Assembly (NCBI GenBank): GCA_002245135.1
Contig: NGBS01000637.1
Coordinates: 1-34,331 of the forward strand
Length of the DNA: 34,331 nt
Direction of reading: 5' to 3'
Origin: Proteromonas lacertae
Taxonomy: Eukaryota
In this document: in pieces, positions 11,861-24,431 of the stretch
How positions within the stretch are numbered: the stretch's first letter is position 1
How the letters are laid out: each line of letters starts with the position of its first letter
Program-made: the position numbers and the translations under genes
The notes under the pieces: generated by a model
Databases searched by the model: none
Told to the model about the DNA's origin: nothing
Seen by the model: only the letters and a program-made list of their open reading frames with translations

Positions 11861-12126
11861 CCTCATCCATTTTTAACTCTTCATTCTTTGGTCTATGGCA
11901 TTTTTTATTAAGCTTTGCTGTTTGATTTCATTCATAATAAATTTGAATCAATCAAGCCATCCAATCAAATCTCTTTAAATACATTCATTTTGTTTATGTA
12001 TTATAAATATAAAGAAGTAGGAAGAAATAATTAGTCAATATATGTATTATATTATTGGATTTATGATATTGTAAATAGTTTCATAATCAGATGATTTGTT
12101 TAAATAACTATTTATATTAATAACAG

Positions 12127-13060
12127 AGATATTATGATATTAAGGAAGTAATAGTACCAAAGAGAGAAGCCTTAGAAAAAGCTAAAGCTACAAAAGCGAA
12201 AGCTGAAGGTCAATTAACCACTAAACGAGCTGAATTGAAAGAATTAGTTGATCAAGTACAAGCTTTAGAAAAAGAATTAGAAATTACAACGAAAAAGAAA
12301 GAAGAGTTAGAAAACAAGTAGATAGGTGGTTTAGGAGGTGAAAAGAGTCGATGGAGTGATTATTCAGCTAGTTTACAAGTAGATTATGATCATTTAGTAG
12401 GTGATATATTAATGTCAAGTGGTATTATTGCTTATTTAGATTATTCCCAACACAATATCGTAGTGAATGTATAACTGATTAGTTGAAATTATTAGAAGAG
12501 AAAAAATAATCCAAAATCCCCAACTTATTCATTAGTTGTTATATTAGGAGATCCAATAGCCATAAGACAATGGACAATATGGAAATTACCAAATGATTCC
12601 TTTTCAATTGATAATGGCATAATGTTAAGAAATTCAAATAAATGGCAAGCTAATCGTTAGATGATAATTCAGTAAATTATGATGAAAAAATTCGATTATA
12701 TATAATGACAAGATTAAGAAATCCACATTATCCACCTGAAACTTGTGTAAAAGTGAATTTATTGAACTTTGTAGCAACTCAAGAAGGTTTACAAGATCAA
12801 TTATTAGGTATATTAGTAGGAAAAGAACAAAGAGAATTAGAAGAAAGAAGAGTAGAATTGGCAATGAAAGATACCGAATATAAAAAGACATTGGAAGATA
12901 TAGAAGATCAAATTTTACATTTATTAGCTTCATCTGAAGGTGATATATTAGAAGATGAAAAGTTAATAGATACTTTAGCCAAATTCAAACAAACCTCCAT
13001 TGAAATTATGGTAGCTGTAAAGAGTGCTGAAGCAACACAACAACAAATATCCCAATATAT
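12127..13060 (+). pseudogene. Axonemal (inner-arm-like) dynein heavy chain fragment, stalk to AAA5/strut, with deletions, frameshifts and a stop
   Basis: VPKREALEKA, IGGLGGEKSRW, LVGDILMSSGIIAYL, LGDPIAIRQWTIWKLPNDSFSIDNG, TRLRNPHYPPETCVKVNLLNF..TQEGLQDQLLG, IEDQILHLL..SEGDILEDE. Confidence 0.9.
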
Positions 13061-13234
13061 TTCAGTAGTGATCAAATCACAGAAATTGATGAATTAATGA
13101 AAGTTTACATGAAAATGGAACAATTCACAGTGATTTAATGCCATCCAACATCTTTTTAAATGATGAAAATGAAGTGATTCTAAGTGACTATTGTAATAAT
13201 CTGTATAAGGGAAGAGAAGAAAAGATAAAGAGAG

Positions 13235-13495
13235 ATGGAAAATGATATATATTTTGTTAGTATTGATGAATTATTAGGTGGAAAATATCCTTTTGTTGGT
13301 TTAAATATATCTGAAACTGCAGAGAATATTCGAAATGTGAAATATATTCCTCTGGAATGTAAAAATGCTTCAGAATCAAACTTCCTTTTAGGAAAAATAC
13401 TTGTAGAAAATATTTTCACACTTTATGTTGTACCATTAGATCATAATATCATGAATAATATTACTCTTTATAAAACAAAACAACAAAATGTATAA
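13235..13495 (+). CDS. Unknown short ORF or gene fragment
   Basis: 86-aa ORF with globular-protein composition and no recognised motif. Confidence 0.3.
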   Translation: MENDIYFVSIDELLGGKYPFVGLNISETAENIRNVKYIPLECKNASESNFLLGKILVENIFTLYVVPLDHNIMNNITLYKTKQQNV

Positions 13496-13537
13496 CATTT
13501 CATAAAAATATGATAAAAATATATGATAAATCATCAA

Positions 13538-14896
13538 TTAAACCTTTCTATGAATAATTTGAGCACCATATTCTTCATATTCCTCTTTAGTAACACTGAT
13601 TTTATTGAAATGTTCACGGAAAGCAGTAACAAGTATACTTCCTCCTAAATAAGCTGCATATCCTTGAGCTTTATGACTATTAACATGTACTTGTAAAGCA
13701 GGCTTCTATAAAAACAATAATTAGTATTAATTGTATATATTTATACACTCTGGCTTTTAACATGTTGGTTCAATGTACTTAAATTAGACTGTATTCTCTG
13801 ATCAACACGACTTTGCAAATCCTTTTCAATTCTTTTTCCAAAATTCTTAAAATTAGTCGATCCTCCAGATAAAACAATATTACTGTACAAACCTCTACGA
13901 CAATCAATAGGACATGACAAAATAACATCATCAATCAAATTAGGCAAACCTTTACCAAGATTAGGATTTAAGATATCAGGGCTAAAATAACTCTCCGGAC
14001 CAATGAATCTCTCATATCCAATATCAATATTCCACTGTTTATTAGTATAAGTACTATAACCATTATATTGCTCAAACGTATTGTTGTTACTTCCACAAGG
14101 TAAATTTTCATTTTCATCATATTTATTATATTCTTGAACAAGATCTTTACATACATAACAATATTTCTCTTTAACCATTCTTGCTATTTCTAGTGAATCT
14201 TGTGGTGGTATTTGTTCTCCTCTTTCTCTTAACGTCTTCAATATAAATTCACTTATATGCCTTCCACCTATTGGTAAATTCTTAATACTGGTTTTTAATA
14301 CCATTCCTTCAGCCTATATATATATATATATTTAAATATACAATTGGTATAATTTGTGTACCACCTTCTCCACTATCTATTACGCATCCTGTTCTTACTT
14401 CTTCACCACTTTTACCTAACGTATATAAAGCTTGAAGTGATAATAAAGCTTGATTCTGAATACAGATAGAAGGAACATTGAATGTTTCGAACATGATTTC
14501 CTCCAAATATTCTCTATTCTCTGGTGTATTCATGGTGCTTTCAGTTATTAAGAATTGATGTTCTTCTGGATCACAATTTAGATATTTGTAGATTATCTTT
14601 TGAAGGAAGAATTCCATTGAATTCCAATCTTCAACTATTCCACCAGCTATTGGATAATTTAACGAGTAAGTCTGATTATGAGATAAAGCTTCATCTCCCA
14701 CGAAAAAATCAAGATCATTTAGCTTATTCTTTGAGGAAGATTTGCTTTGAATCAGGTAATAATGCTACAGCTGTTGGTAGTATATAATCAGGATGGATAT
14801 TAGTGGAATAACCGATTTTTGAATATCTAAAAAACAGTCAGAATCATAAAAATACCCTGAACCAGCATCAATAATTACAGCAGGTCTTGTAGACAT
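13538..14896 (-). CDS. ARP3: Actin-related protein 3; three short introns, one apparent +1 indel ~14742
   Basis: MSTRPAVIIDAGSGYSKIGY, DLDFFVGDEA, YLNCDPEEHQFLITE..NTPENREY..EIMFETFNVP, IPPQDSLEIARMVKEKYCYVCKDLVQEYNKYD, DIGYERFIGPE, CPIDCRRGLYSNIVLSGGST, TKEEYEEYG. Confidence 0.95.
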
Positions 14897-15049
14897 CTAT
14901 TTTTATATATAGCAAATAATAATATATAGAAAGAATATTCAGATTAGCAATAAACAAAAAGAATAATACTTTTGAAGAAGATTCTTGGGGGATTAAAATA
15001 ATGTGAAAATTATTGAACCAGATAATTTAAAACTGTGTATATTTGCTAA

Positions 15050-15369
15050 ATGGATGAAGTAGAGAAGAGAGCATTACTTTTAGGAGATTCTTCAGCTATA
15101 GAAGATGCCTTTGAAGCAATTAAAACCTTAAAGCCATTCCAATCTATTTTAATTTCTCAAGAGTTACAAATTCCTTTAATGTCAGAGCAAGGTGATCCAG
15201 TACCACCATCTAAGACTATTCAAAGTTGTGAAAATGGTTCAAAAATATGGCCTGCCTATGAACGTATTTTTTATTTTATAGATGAATAATAGCTCCAGCA
15301 ATTACTTTTGATGCATCTATTGGAAATATTCGTGATAATAGAACAAAATTTCGTAGAATGTCTTGTTAA
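15050..15369 (+). CDS. Hypothetical ~97-aa protein; intron 15264-15292
   Basis: ATG-initiated ORF. A GT-AG intron extends it to PPAITFDASIGNIRDNRTKFRRMSC*. Confidence 0.6.
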
Positions 15370-15447
15370 TAATACAAATGTATTTTTAATTTATGAATTT
15401 TAGTATTATAAATATGTGTTTAAGGAATGAGTTAATTAAATATAATA

Positions 15448-15931
15448 CTAATTTACTTTCTTTTCTGGAACTACAACTAAATCGTTGTATTTTCTCACAA
15501 CAGATCTATCATTTCCATGTCTTAATTGCTGCTGTTTCTGAGGTTGTTCTACTTCATTATCCTTTTGATTCTTCATCTTTTCAGCTTCTTCCATATCTTT
15601 TGTTTTAAAAATTCTCTGTCCTGGAATAACTGGCATCTTTTTTGCGTATTTCTTTCCTGTTGATAAATCCATTCTTATGTGTAATCCCTATCATAAACAA
15701 TAGAAAAAAAACAAAACAATACACCTGGAACTTCTTGTCCTGGTAAAACTTCTTTCCAATCATCTTCTGGTTCAAATATATCTGGTTTTGCTTTATCTTT
15801 ATTATCTTCTTGTACATTTTCATTGTTTTGGTTTACTATAGTTATAAAGAATAAAAAATACTTTGCACATCCTCTGCTATTGACAAACAGATCAATAAAG
15901 CAAAGGCAAACAGATAGATCACCTGTTTCAT
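15448..15931 (-). CDS. Small secreted protein (~140 aa) with SIL1 N-terminal-like motif; introns 15836-15861 and 15688-15722
   Basis: Spliced MKQVIYLFAFALLICLSIA-EDVQ (signal peptide) ... FEPEDDWKEVLPGQEVPGGLHIRMDLSTGKKYAK. Confidence 0.8.
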
Positions 15932-16088
15932 GAGAATTAAAAGAAGTAAGTTTCAAATAACGGATATATTTTTATTTACAAATTTTTTTAAAGAAACAAT
16001 CAATCTATTTGATTATACAATACTATGATATGCATTACCGACATAATACACATGCATTTATAAAAAAAATACTTTCATTAGAATTTAA

Positions 16089-16644
16089 TTACAATTTATC
16101 TTCTTCTTTATTGAGTTCCTTCTCAATATCACTCATTATTGATGTTGGATTAGTTGATGGAGAGTATCTATTAATTACTTCACCATTTCTACCAACTAGA
16201 AACTTTGAAAAATTCCATTTCACAGCACTTATCATGAAACCTTTTTTCTGATTCTTCAAATACTCAAATAATGGATCTGCATGATCTCCATTCACTTCCA
16301 ATTTTGCGAATAGAGGGAATGTACATCCAAATTTTGATTGAGCCCATGCTTCAATCTCTTCATTTTTCAGTGGTTCTTGATGCATGAATTGATTACATGG
16401 GAATCCTAATACAAAGAATCCTCTATCCTAAAAATGTGAATTACTGATAAAAATACTTTATATTTCTGAAAAACTGTTTCTAAATCTTTCATTTGATTAG
16501 TGAATCCACATTGACTTGCTGTGTTTACAATTAACAACACTTTTCCTTTGTATTCACTTAGTTGCTTTAATTCACCTGATATACTACCATAGTATAATGC
16601 ACTTATATATACGTCTTTACTGTAAAGCCATAAATTCCACTCAT
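16089..16644 (-). CDS. GPX: Cys-type glutathione peroxidase (PHGPx-like); two introns
   Basis: [55 protein letters not shown]. Confidence 0.96.
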
Positions 16645-16948
16645 TTCGCTGTTTTAGAAAAAAGAATTTTATAGAATATTACCGAAGATTAAGAAGAAAA
16701 CAAAAGAAACATTTTCATCAACTGTGATATGTTGATATATATTGGCATTATATGTAGATAAATAAGATGCTTATAAGAGATTGAAGTGATGAACTTAATA
16801 TTTGTCGAAACTATACTTAAATTGTTATATATGTACATATATGGAAATGATCTACCTATTGGTAATCTTTTCATCCATCAGCTAATGCTTTATTGTTAGT
16901 AGGTTTGAATTTCTGTTTGACATTTCTGTTTTATTTTTTTGAAATTGA

Positions 16949-18903
16949 ATGGCTGAACCACTCTCAATATATCCAGGGATGAAAGTTAAAATTGCACGAG
17001 AGGAAGATGGAGAGTTTGTTGTAGGAAAAGTGGTAAAATATGATGAAGTTAACAATATAGTTACTGCAGAAGATGTATATTCATTATATATTATTTAATA
17101 TTTGAAGAGTGTTGTGAGTTATGAATTAGAATTGAATAACCCATCTGATAGAGAAAAAATACAGTTCAATGTTAAGTATAAACCATTATTATATTATATG
17201 TATATTTAAAGTTTATTAAATAATTCAAAACCTCCTTCTACTCGTAGTGTACCTAAACCATTTTCTAATTCAAGAGTAAATTCATCAAAACATGCATCAG
17301 AGGTGCTAGACTTAAGTTCAGAAGAAGAAGAGGAAGAAGATAATAATAATGATGATGATGGTGATGACGACAATAATAATGAACTTGTTGTAAATGATGA
17401 TGAAGAAGAAGAAGATTTTCAAACACACAAACGTTATTCTCGAACATTTATCTTGCCATTATGTTCAGTATGTAATAAGCCAATAGAATCATCTCAAAAC
17501 TATTATTCATGTTTAATCTGCCACAAATATTTTATGTGTAAAAAATGTTACAATCCTTTAGAAATACCATCATCATGTACAAATTCAAAACAACATAAAT
17601 TGGAGCAAAAAATAGCACCTCAAAATAACAATAATATTAGGAATAACAAATTAGCAATAGGAAATGCAGGTAATATTGCTTTAGAAGATTTAAATATAAT
17701 AGTTGATATTCAACAAGCTGTAATACCTGACGGAGTAAGTTGGAAAGATGGAAGTTGTGATATATTCGTTAAAGTTTATTTAAAACCATATAAATCTTTA
17801 ATCAAAAGAGAATTATATAGGACACAAGTAGTTTATAATACAATCAAACCAAGGTTTGAGAATGAAAAGTTTAATTTTACAGTGAATAGAAATGAAGTTG
17901 ACAAATTGAATGGTAAGTTGATATTTAGTGTATGGGATTTTGATGATAATAATAATAATATTCAACATGTAGGTGATGTAGAAATATCAATAATGGATAT
18001 AGTATTTTTTATTGATTATTAATATACATTAGATTCGTAATAGTGGTTTTAGTAAATGGTTTACTATTACACTACATGAAGATTTGGTGTCTTATGATAA
18101 GACAGGTCAATTGTTTTTATCAATAGTAATTCAATGGAATATGATGTTGAATGATGATATTATCAGTGCTATTAAGAATGGAAATAATAATATTAATAAA
18201 ATGTATATATATATATATATATATTACTATTGTATTTATTAGTTTACCATCAATATCATCATCACCACCTCGTCCACAATCTGCAAGAATACAAGTGATT
18301 AATCCAAATATAAAGAATATTAAAAGTATATTATATATATTTATATATACAATTAGAATTACCTAAAGAAAGTGGATATAAGCATTTATTACCCAAAAAT
18401 AGAGAAAGAGAAACAAATGAATTAAAGAAACTGAATCAACAAGAAAAATGTAGATTAAATAAAGTCAAACCATCTGTTAGTTGTTGGAATCATAGTGATG
18501 ATGCAATTGTTAAAATTAATAGATTTAGAAATCTTCAAAGAAAGGAGGCAAATGATAGAATTATTAAAGAAAATGAGAAAATTAAGAAATATAGAAAACA
18601 AGTAAAAGATAGTGATGAATTGCATTTGAAATATAAATCTGATAGTAAATTGAAGAGATTAGAAGAACAGAATCAATTGAAAGAGAAAAATAAAGAAAGA
18701 GTATTATATATTATATATATATATATAGAAAAAAGAAATGACATTTAATAAAGTACTAGAATTTCGACAAAAAATAAAAGATTTAACAGGCGATAACACC
18801 TACTTGTTAACAAGAATACAGAGATTAGAGAAATTAATAGTAAATTATTCAAACAAAATAGATATGTTTAAACAGAAGAAATTTGATTTGGAACATGGAG
18901 TTG

Positions 18904-18935
<32 letters not shown>

Positions 18936-20264
18936 GATTTATTATTATTATTATAGAGTACTCCTGTAAAATATAAAAATATTGAGAAGAAAGAAGGTTG
19001 GAAAAGTGATATATTTAAAAAGATTGAAGAAGAAGAATCAAAGAAGAATTCTAATGAATCAAAAAGAGATAATACTGATGAAAAGCAGAGCAAACAAGAT
19101 CTAATTGATCAAATAACACCATTATTTGAAGAAATATCCACAGAAAGAGAGAATTATCAAAATATAATAAAAGAAGTTGAAAATAAAGAAAGAGAAATAG
19201 AGAATAGAAAAGTAATAATAGAGAATAAAAAGAAACAAATTGATCAAGCAAAAACTCGACAATTATATACAGCACAGAATTTACCTGATGAATATAAGCA
19301 AATAATCGATTATCCTGATTGGGTTATAGTATATCCAAATGATCCTCCGTTAAATATATCAAATCAAACTAAAAGAGAATGTGAATTGTATTTAGAGTTA
19401 CTTGAAGATTATATAAGTACAATGAATAAAATATCACAGAAGAATGAGATTAATGGTTCAATGAATAATATTAAAAGGAAAGATACTATTAAAGATTTAC
19501 AAAATAGATTAGAATCTGAAAAGAATAAATTAAAACAATATGAAAATGAAAGAGATGAATTATATAGTCAAAGTGAATTACTAGATGAAAAGAAGAAAAT
19601 TGATAGAATTAATGAATTAAAACAATTACAGTTTTTAATATCACTAATAGAACAGTCTGATTTTTATACAAGTCCTTTATCTGTTCAACCATCAAAAGTA
19701 TCAGTTAAATCAAATGAAAGTCGTTCTGTCTATAGCCATAAACCAGATGCATCTCCAATATTATCACCAAAGTTGTCTAGTAGAGGAATATCTACAAATA
19801 TATCTTATACATCTCCAAGATCAAATGAAGATGAGAATGAGAATAATGACAATATTGGTGATGATAATGAAACTCCTTTTCAATCACCAAGTCAACATGA
19901 TATTACAGGTATTTATAATGAACTAGAAGAAAAAGAAGATAATGAAGAACATGAAGAGCAAAGTGAAGAAGGAGAAGAGAATGATGGTGATAATGAAGAC
20001 AGACCAATTATCAAAGTGAATGAACTTAGTGAAACTGCAAAGGAAAGGTTGTTGAATCAGAATAGTGATGATGATGAAGATGAAAATGAAGAATATAATA
20101 ATGACAATTATGATGAAGAAGAAGAAAGAGAAGAAGAAGAAAGAGAAGAAGAAGAAGAAAGAGAAGAAGAAGAAAGAGAAGATGAAGAAAGAGAAGATGA
20201 TAATGATGAGGATAATAATGAAGAGGAAGAAGAAGATAGTGATTCCAATGTATCTGATATTTAA
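16949..20264 (+). CDS. Multi-exon ~1000-aa protein: Tudor/SH3-like N-terminus, ZZ-type zinc finger, C2 domain, coiled coil, acidic tail
   Basis: CSVCNKPI..YYSCLICHKYFMCKKC and DGSCDIFVKV..RTQVVYNTIKPRFENEKF..FSVWDFD. Short GT-AG introns link the ORFs through to 20264. Confidence 0.8.
20115..20200 (+). repeat. Purine-only GAA/AGA coding repeat (EEEER)n
   Basis: gaagaagaagaaaga units. Confidence 0.85.
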
Positions 20265-20319
20265 GAAGTTATTTAGTTATGAAAATGTATATTCTTTTAA
20301 TAAACAACAATAATAGAAA

Positions 20320-23300
20320 TCAATTAATCAATTTATTTAAATCAATAACAATTGGTTTATTAGTTAATGGTAAGTTCTTTCCTGAAAGTATTATATGAAC
20401 TGTAATATTGGGAATTTCTTTCTCCTTTTTATAATAATCATTTATAATCTCTTCTATTTGTGTATTTTCTGTTGGACTAAGCACAAAATATTGAACTTCG
20501 TTACTTTCACTTAATAATGATCTAAAAAATTCACCTTCATATGTTTCATCCATTCCTTGATTAATCTATATGTAATATATATATATTAATCATTTATACT
20601 TCATCCATCATACAGAATGGTGATTGAATTAAACTTCTCATAGATAATACTAACAATGAAGTGGAAAATGATTTTTCTCCTCCAGATAGTGTTTGACTTG
20701 TAAGATCTCTAACTCTATCAAATGATTTTAATTTTGCTTTAATACTAAGCCGATATGAGTGAATAAAACTTTCATAATTACTATTTCTTAAAAATAACAA
20801 AATACTCTGCTACTGGTATATCAGTTGATTTAGTATCAGGTTCAAGCATTATTCCTCCTAGTGCTATTGTTGTGTTTTTTGATGAATTTTTGTTATCTTC
20901 TCTAACATAGGTCATAAAGTGTCTATTCATTGTAGTAATAACTCTATGTAATTCTTTATCCCATTTTCTATGTTGTTGTTTTATTTCTTTATACTCATTA
21001 GCAAAATCAGTTTTCCTATTATTGTTCAGAAAATATATCAAACAATATACATTTTCATGTAATTATTTTTTTCTTCTTCTAAATTAGATATAATATCTTT
21101 ATATTTTAAATATTCAGTATTGTCAGTATTCAATATCTTAATAAATTCTTTTGTTTGTTCTATCTTTTTCTAGTAATTAAAAACAGATAATATTGTAATA
21201 AATACATTCAATTCAGTTTCACTTTTACCATAATCATCATCATATTTACTTGGTAATTTCTATTTTTATTAATCAGTACATTATATACATACATATTTAA
21301 TATAATATTTTGATTTCAAATCTTTAAATTTTGTCTTTATTTCTTCAAAAATATCTGGCTTTATTGCATCCATAGCAGCTTCATATACATTTTTCATTTC
21401 ACATTCAACTTTTTTAGCTTCAGTAAAATGGTTTTTGAAAAATACTTCAATCATTCTATAGACAAATATATAATATATAGTCATTGGTTATTATACACTT
21501 TATTTTCCTTTTCTTTTTTTAAATTTTCTTTATGTAAATTAATTTCTTTATCAAATTCACTTTCAAATATAGTTAATATAGCTAAAGGTTCAAGTGTCTA
21601 ATAATATCATCAATATAGTATTTATACTTTTACATAATAAAAGTAATTATTAATTATTGAATAATAAGATAATAACCATTCATGAAATAATCTAGGATTT
21701 TTCATTGTTATTATTTCATTATTCAGCTCATTTAATTCTTTTTCTCTTTCAATAATCTATTGCAAATAAATATTAAATAGATAATAATTACTTGCTTTTT
21801 CAATGTATTAACAACTTTATCTCTATTTCGTATTGTATTAATATTTGATGATAATTCTTTTAATATATCCTCCTTCATTTTCTTATCTTGATCAATATTC
21901 AGTTTGTATTTTGACTTTTTTTCTATCTATATTCATATAATTACAATATATTACATCTAATTTTATATTTTCTAACTCTTTATTCTTTATTCCGATATTC
22001 CTCAATAGCTTATCTCTATCAGAAAAATCTTTTGCAGTAATTAACAATTCAGATAAACTAGATTTAATTTTGATTGTTTCAATACTAATGTTATTATTTC
22101 TAATTCTATGAAAGATATATTTATATTTTGGAGTAAAAACTATAATAGATGAACAATTCTTTAATGAAGAATCAGAATCAGCTTGTAAATATGTAACAAA
22201 ATCATTACAATGAGATTCAAATGATTCTAGAGCAATTAAAATATAATGTATTGAATAGTTTGAGCATAAAAATGAACGAATCAATGATTCACCATTTTCA
22301 GAATCTGCAAATTCTATTATTCTGTCTAGTGTAGAATAAATTCCAAAACTGAGTAATGGAATAATATCAATTTCTGTAATATTCATCTGTAATGTATATG
22401 TAAACACTGATATTTGTTTGTAATTGTGACTATATGAGTAATATCTTACCATTGAAGCATCTTCATTTGATGAAAATAACAATCCACATAATATCCAATA
22501 ACCAAGTGCAAGTTTGACATATAAAGCATCTGAATCCTTTGAATACTTCATATATTTAACTATTGGAAGTCTATAACTACCATTAAAACTGTTGCTTATT
22601 GATTCGGAATATTTTATTACATTTTGTGTATCACCTGGTAATTTTGTGAAGAATTTTTTATATATTCTTCTTTCTTTTTCGATATATTTCTTTATAGATT
22701 CTTCACAATTTTCATATTCATATTTTAAAGTTGATAATTCATTATTTACTTTTCTGAACTAATAGAATAACAAACAGCATTTAAATACCTTCTTTGTAAT
22801 AGTAGATTTTTCCTTTTCTACTTGAATTTGATGCTTAATTAATTCTTCAGTTAAATTTGGATCATTAGGAGTATCTTCTAATTCTAACAGTTTCTGCTTT
22901 TTTTGTTCTAGCTATAATTTTATAACTACCATATAAAATAAATACCTCTCTTATATCTCTTTCCTTTTTTTCTTCTTTACTTTGAATCCTAGATTTTCTC
23001 ATTAATATATTGTTGTAAAATCTTTCTGATCCTTCAAATAATCTGTTTAGCTCAACTATTTTTTTCTCTAAAGCTTCTTGACAGTTTTTATAACCACTAA
23101 TTATAATAACAATTAAGATATACCTAGGTATTATTTTTTTCTTTTTCTTTTCCAAATATGCTTTTTCATCCTCATAACCTTGTATCTTTTTCTCAAACTA
23201 TTCATATTAAGTAAAGGAACAAAACAAAATAAAAAATACGATTGCAATAGATGGTAACTTGTCAATTCTGTCCAATTCATAATAATATTTCTCTTTTATT

Positions 23301-24230
23301 ATATCATATTTTTTCCACATCAGTACTTTATTTATTGAATCAATCTATAATAAAACAATTAAAAATATACTTGCTTATTATATTCCTGGTTCTGTTTCAT
23401 TTTTGATTTTATCCCTTCATATATCTAATAAAAGAATAAATCAGATGTGTATATATACTTTTTTCCCATTTTCTTTTCTAAATATTTCATTTTCTAATTT
23501 TCTCAAAATCTTTGACTGTTCAGATAATATTTTCGATTTATTTATTAAATCTTGATGAGTTTCATACTATAGTTCATTATTGCAATTTTTATAATATACC
23601 AATTTATAATCTATTGATTTTTCAATATTCATTAAATTATTTGATAAATCCTCACTCAATACTTTAGATACTGTTTCTTGTTGTAATATTTGAAACATAT
23701 TATTACTGTCAATACTATATTCATGCCTCAAATAATTTGCTATTTCTTCTCTTCCTTTATATTCTTCACTACCTTTGAATAACACATGTTCACATGTTAT
23801 TAAATTTAGTTGAATTGATATACAACAAGGTGAATCATCTTGATTATTAGCTGAACACAATCTATCATCTTCTATACATAATTCTATTCTTGAACTTTCT
23901 CCTTTTTTCATCTTGTTGTTTATATAAGCTGAGTATGTCATTACCTCTTCTACACTCTTCTGGTGATGAACCAAGAAGCAATTTGATAGCCACAAGAATT
24001 GAACTCTATTAATTAAAGTATTATATAACTTATACCTTACCACTTCCATTTGGGACCGAATATCAAATTTAATCCCCTTCTTGGAAATATCTCAAAATTT
24101 TCATAATTCATAAAGTTTTGTAAATATAATCGGCATATGCTATAATTACATATTAATAATTTTAATACTGTGGGTGTGATATCGAAAAAGAATTTCTATT
24201 TTTTAGAATTTTGCATGGTAAATAATCCAT
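20320..24230 (-). CDS. SMC5: SMC5-like structural maintenance of chromosomes protein, many introns, divergent
   Basis: RLYLQNFMNY..GLNLIFGPNGSGK (with +1 indel ~24051), Q-loop NNMFQILQQETV, long coiled coils, LSGGEKSFST, spliced PFCMMDE|INQGMD (SMC5-type D-loop), QYFVLSP. Confidence 0.85.
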
Positions 24231-24431
24231 ATTCCTTTTGCAATATAATAATAAAATCTAATTTTGAATAAAACAATCAGATAAAATAAAAACAAACTAA
24301 ATTCTATTCAAGTTTTTGCTCAAGCTTTTAATCTCAAGCCAAATTTGTTTCATTTTACGATTTATTTTAACACATATCACAAAAATTGGAAAGATTTTAT
24401 AAGATTATAATAAGCATATAATAATATATAA

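Noticed and set aside
16500..16530. Selenocysteine GPx
   Set aside because: The active-site codon is TGT (ASQCG), not TGA.
18200..18930. (TA)n tracts
   Set aside because: They lie inside short introns of an AT-rich genome; ordinary microsatellites.
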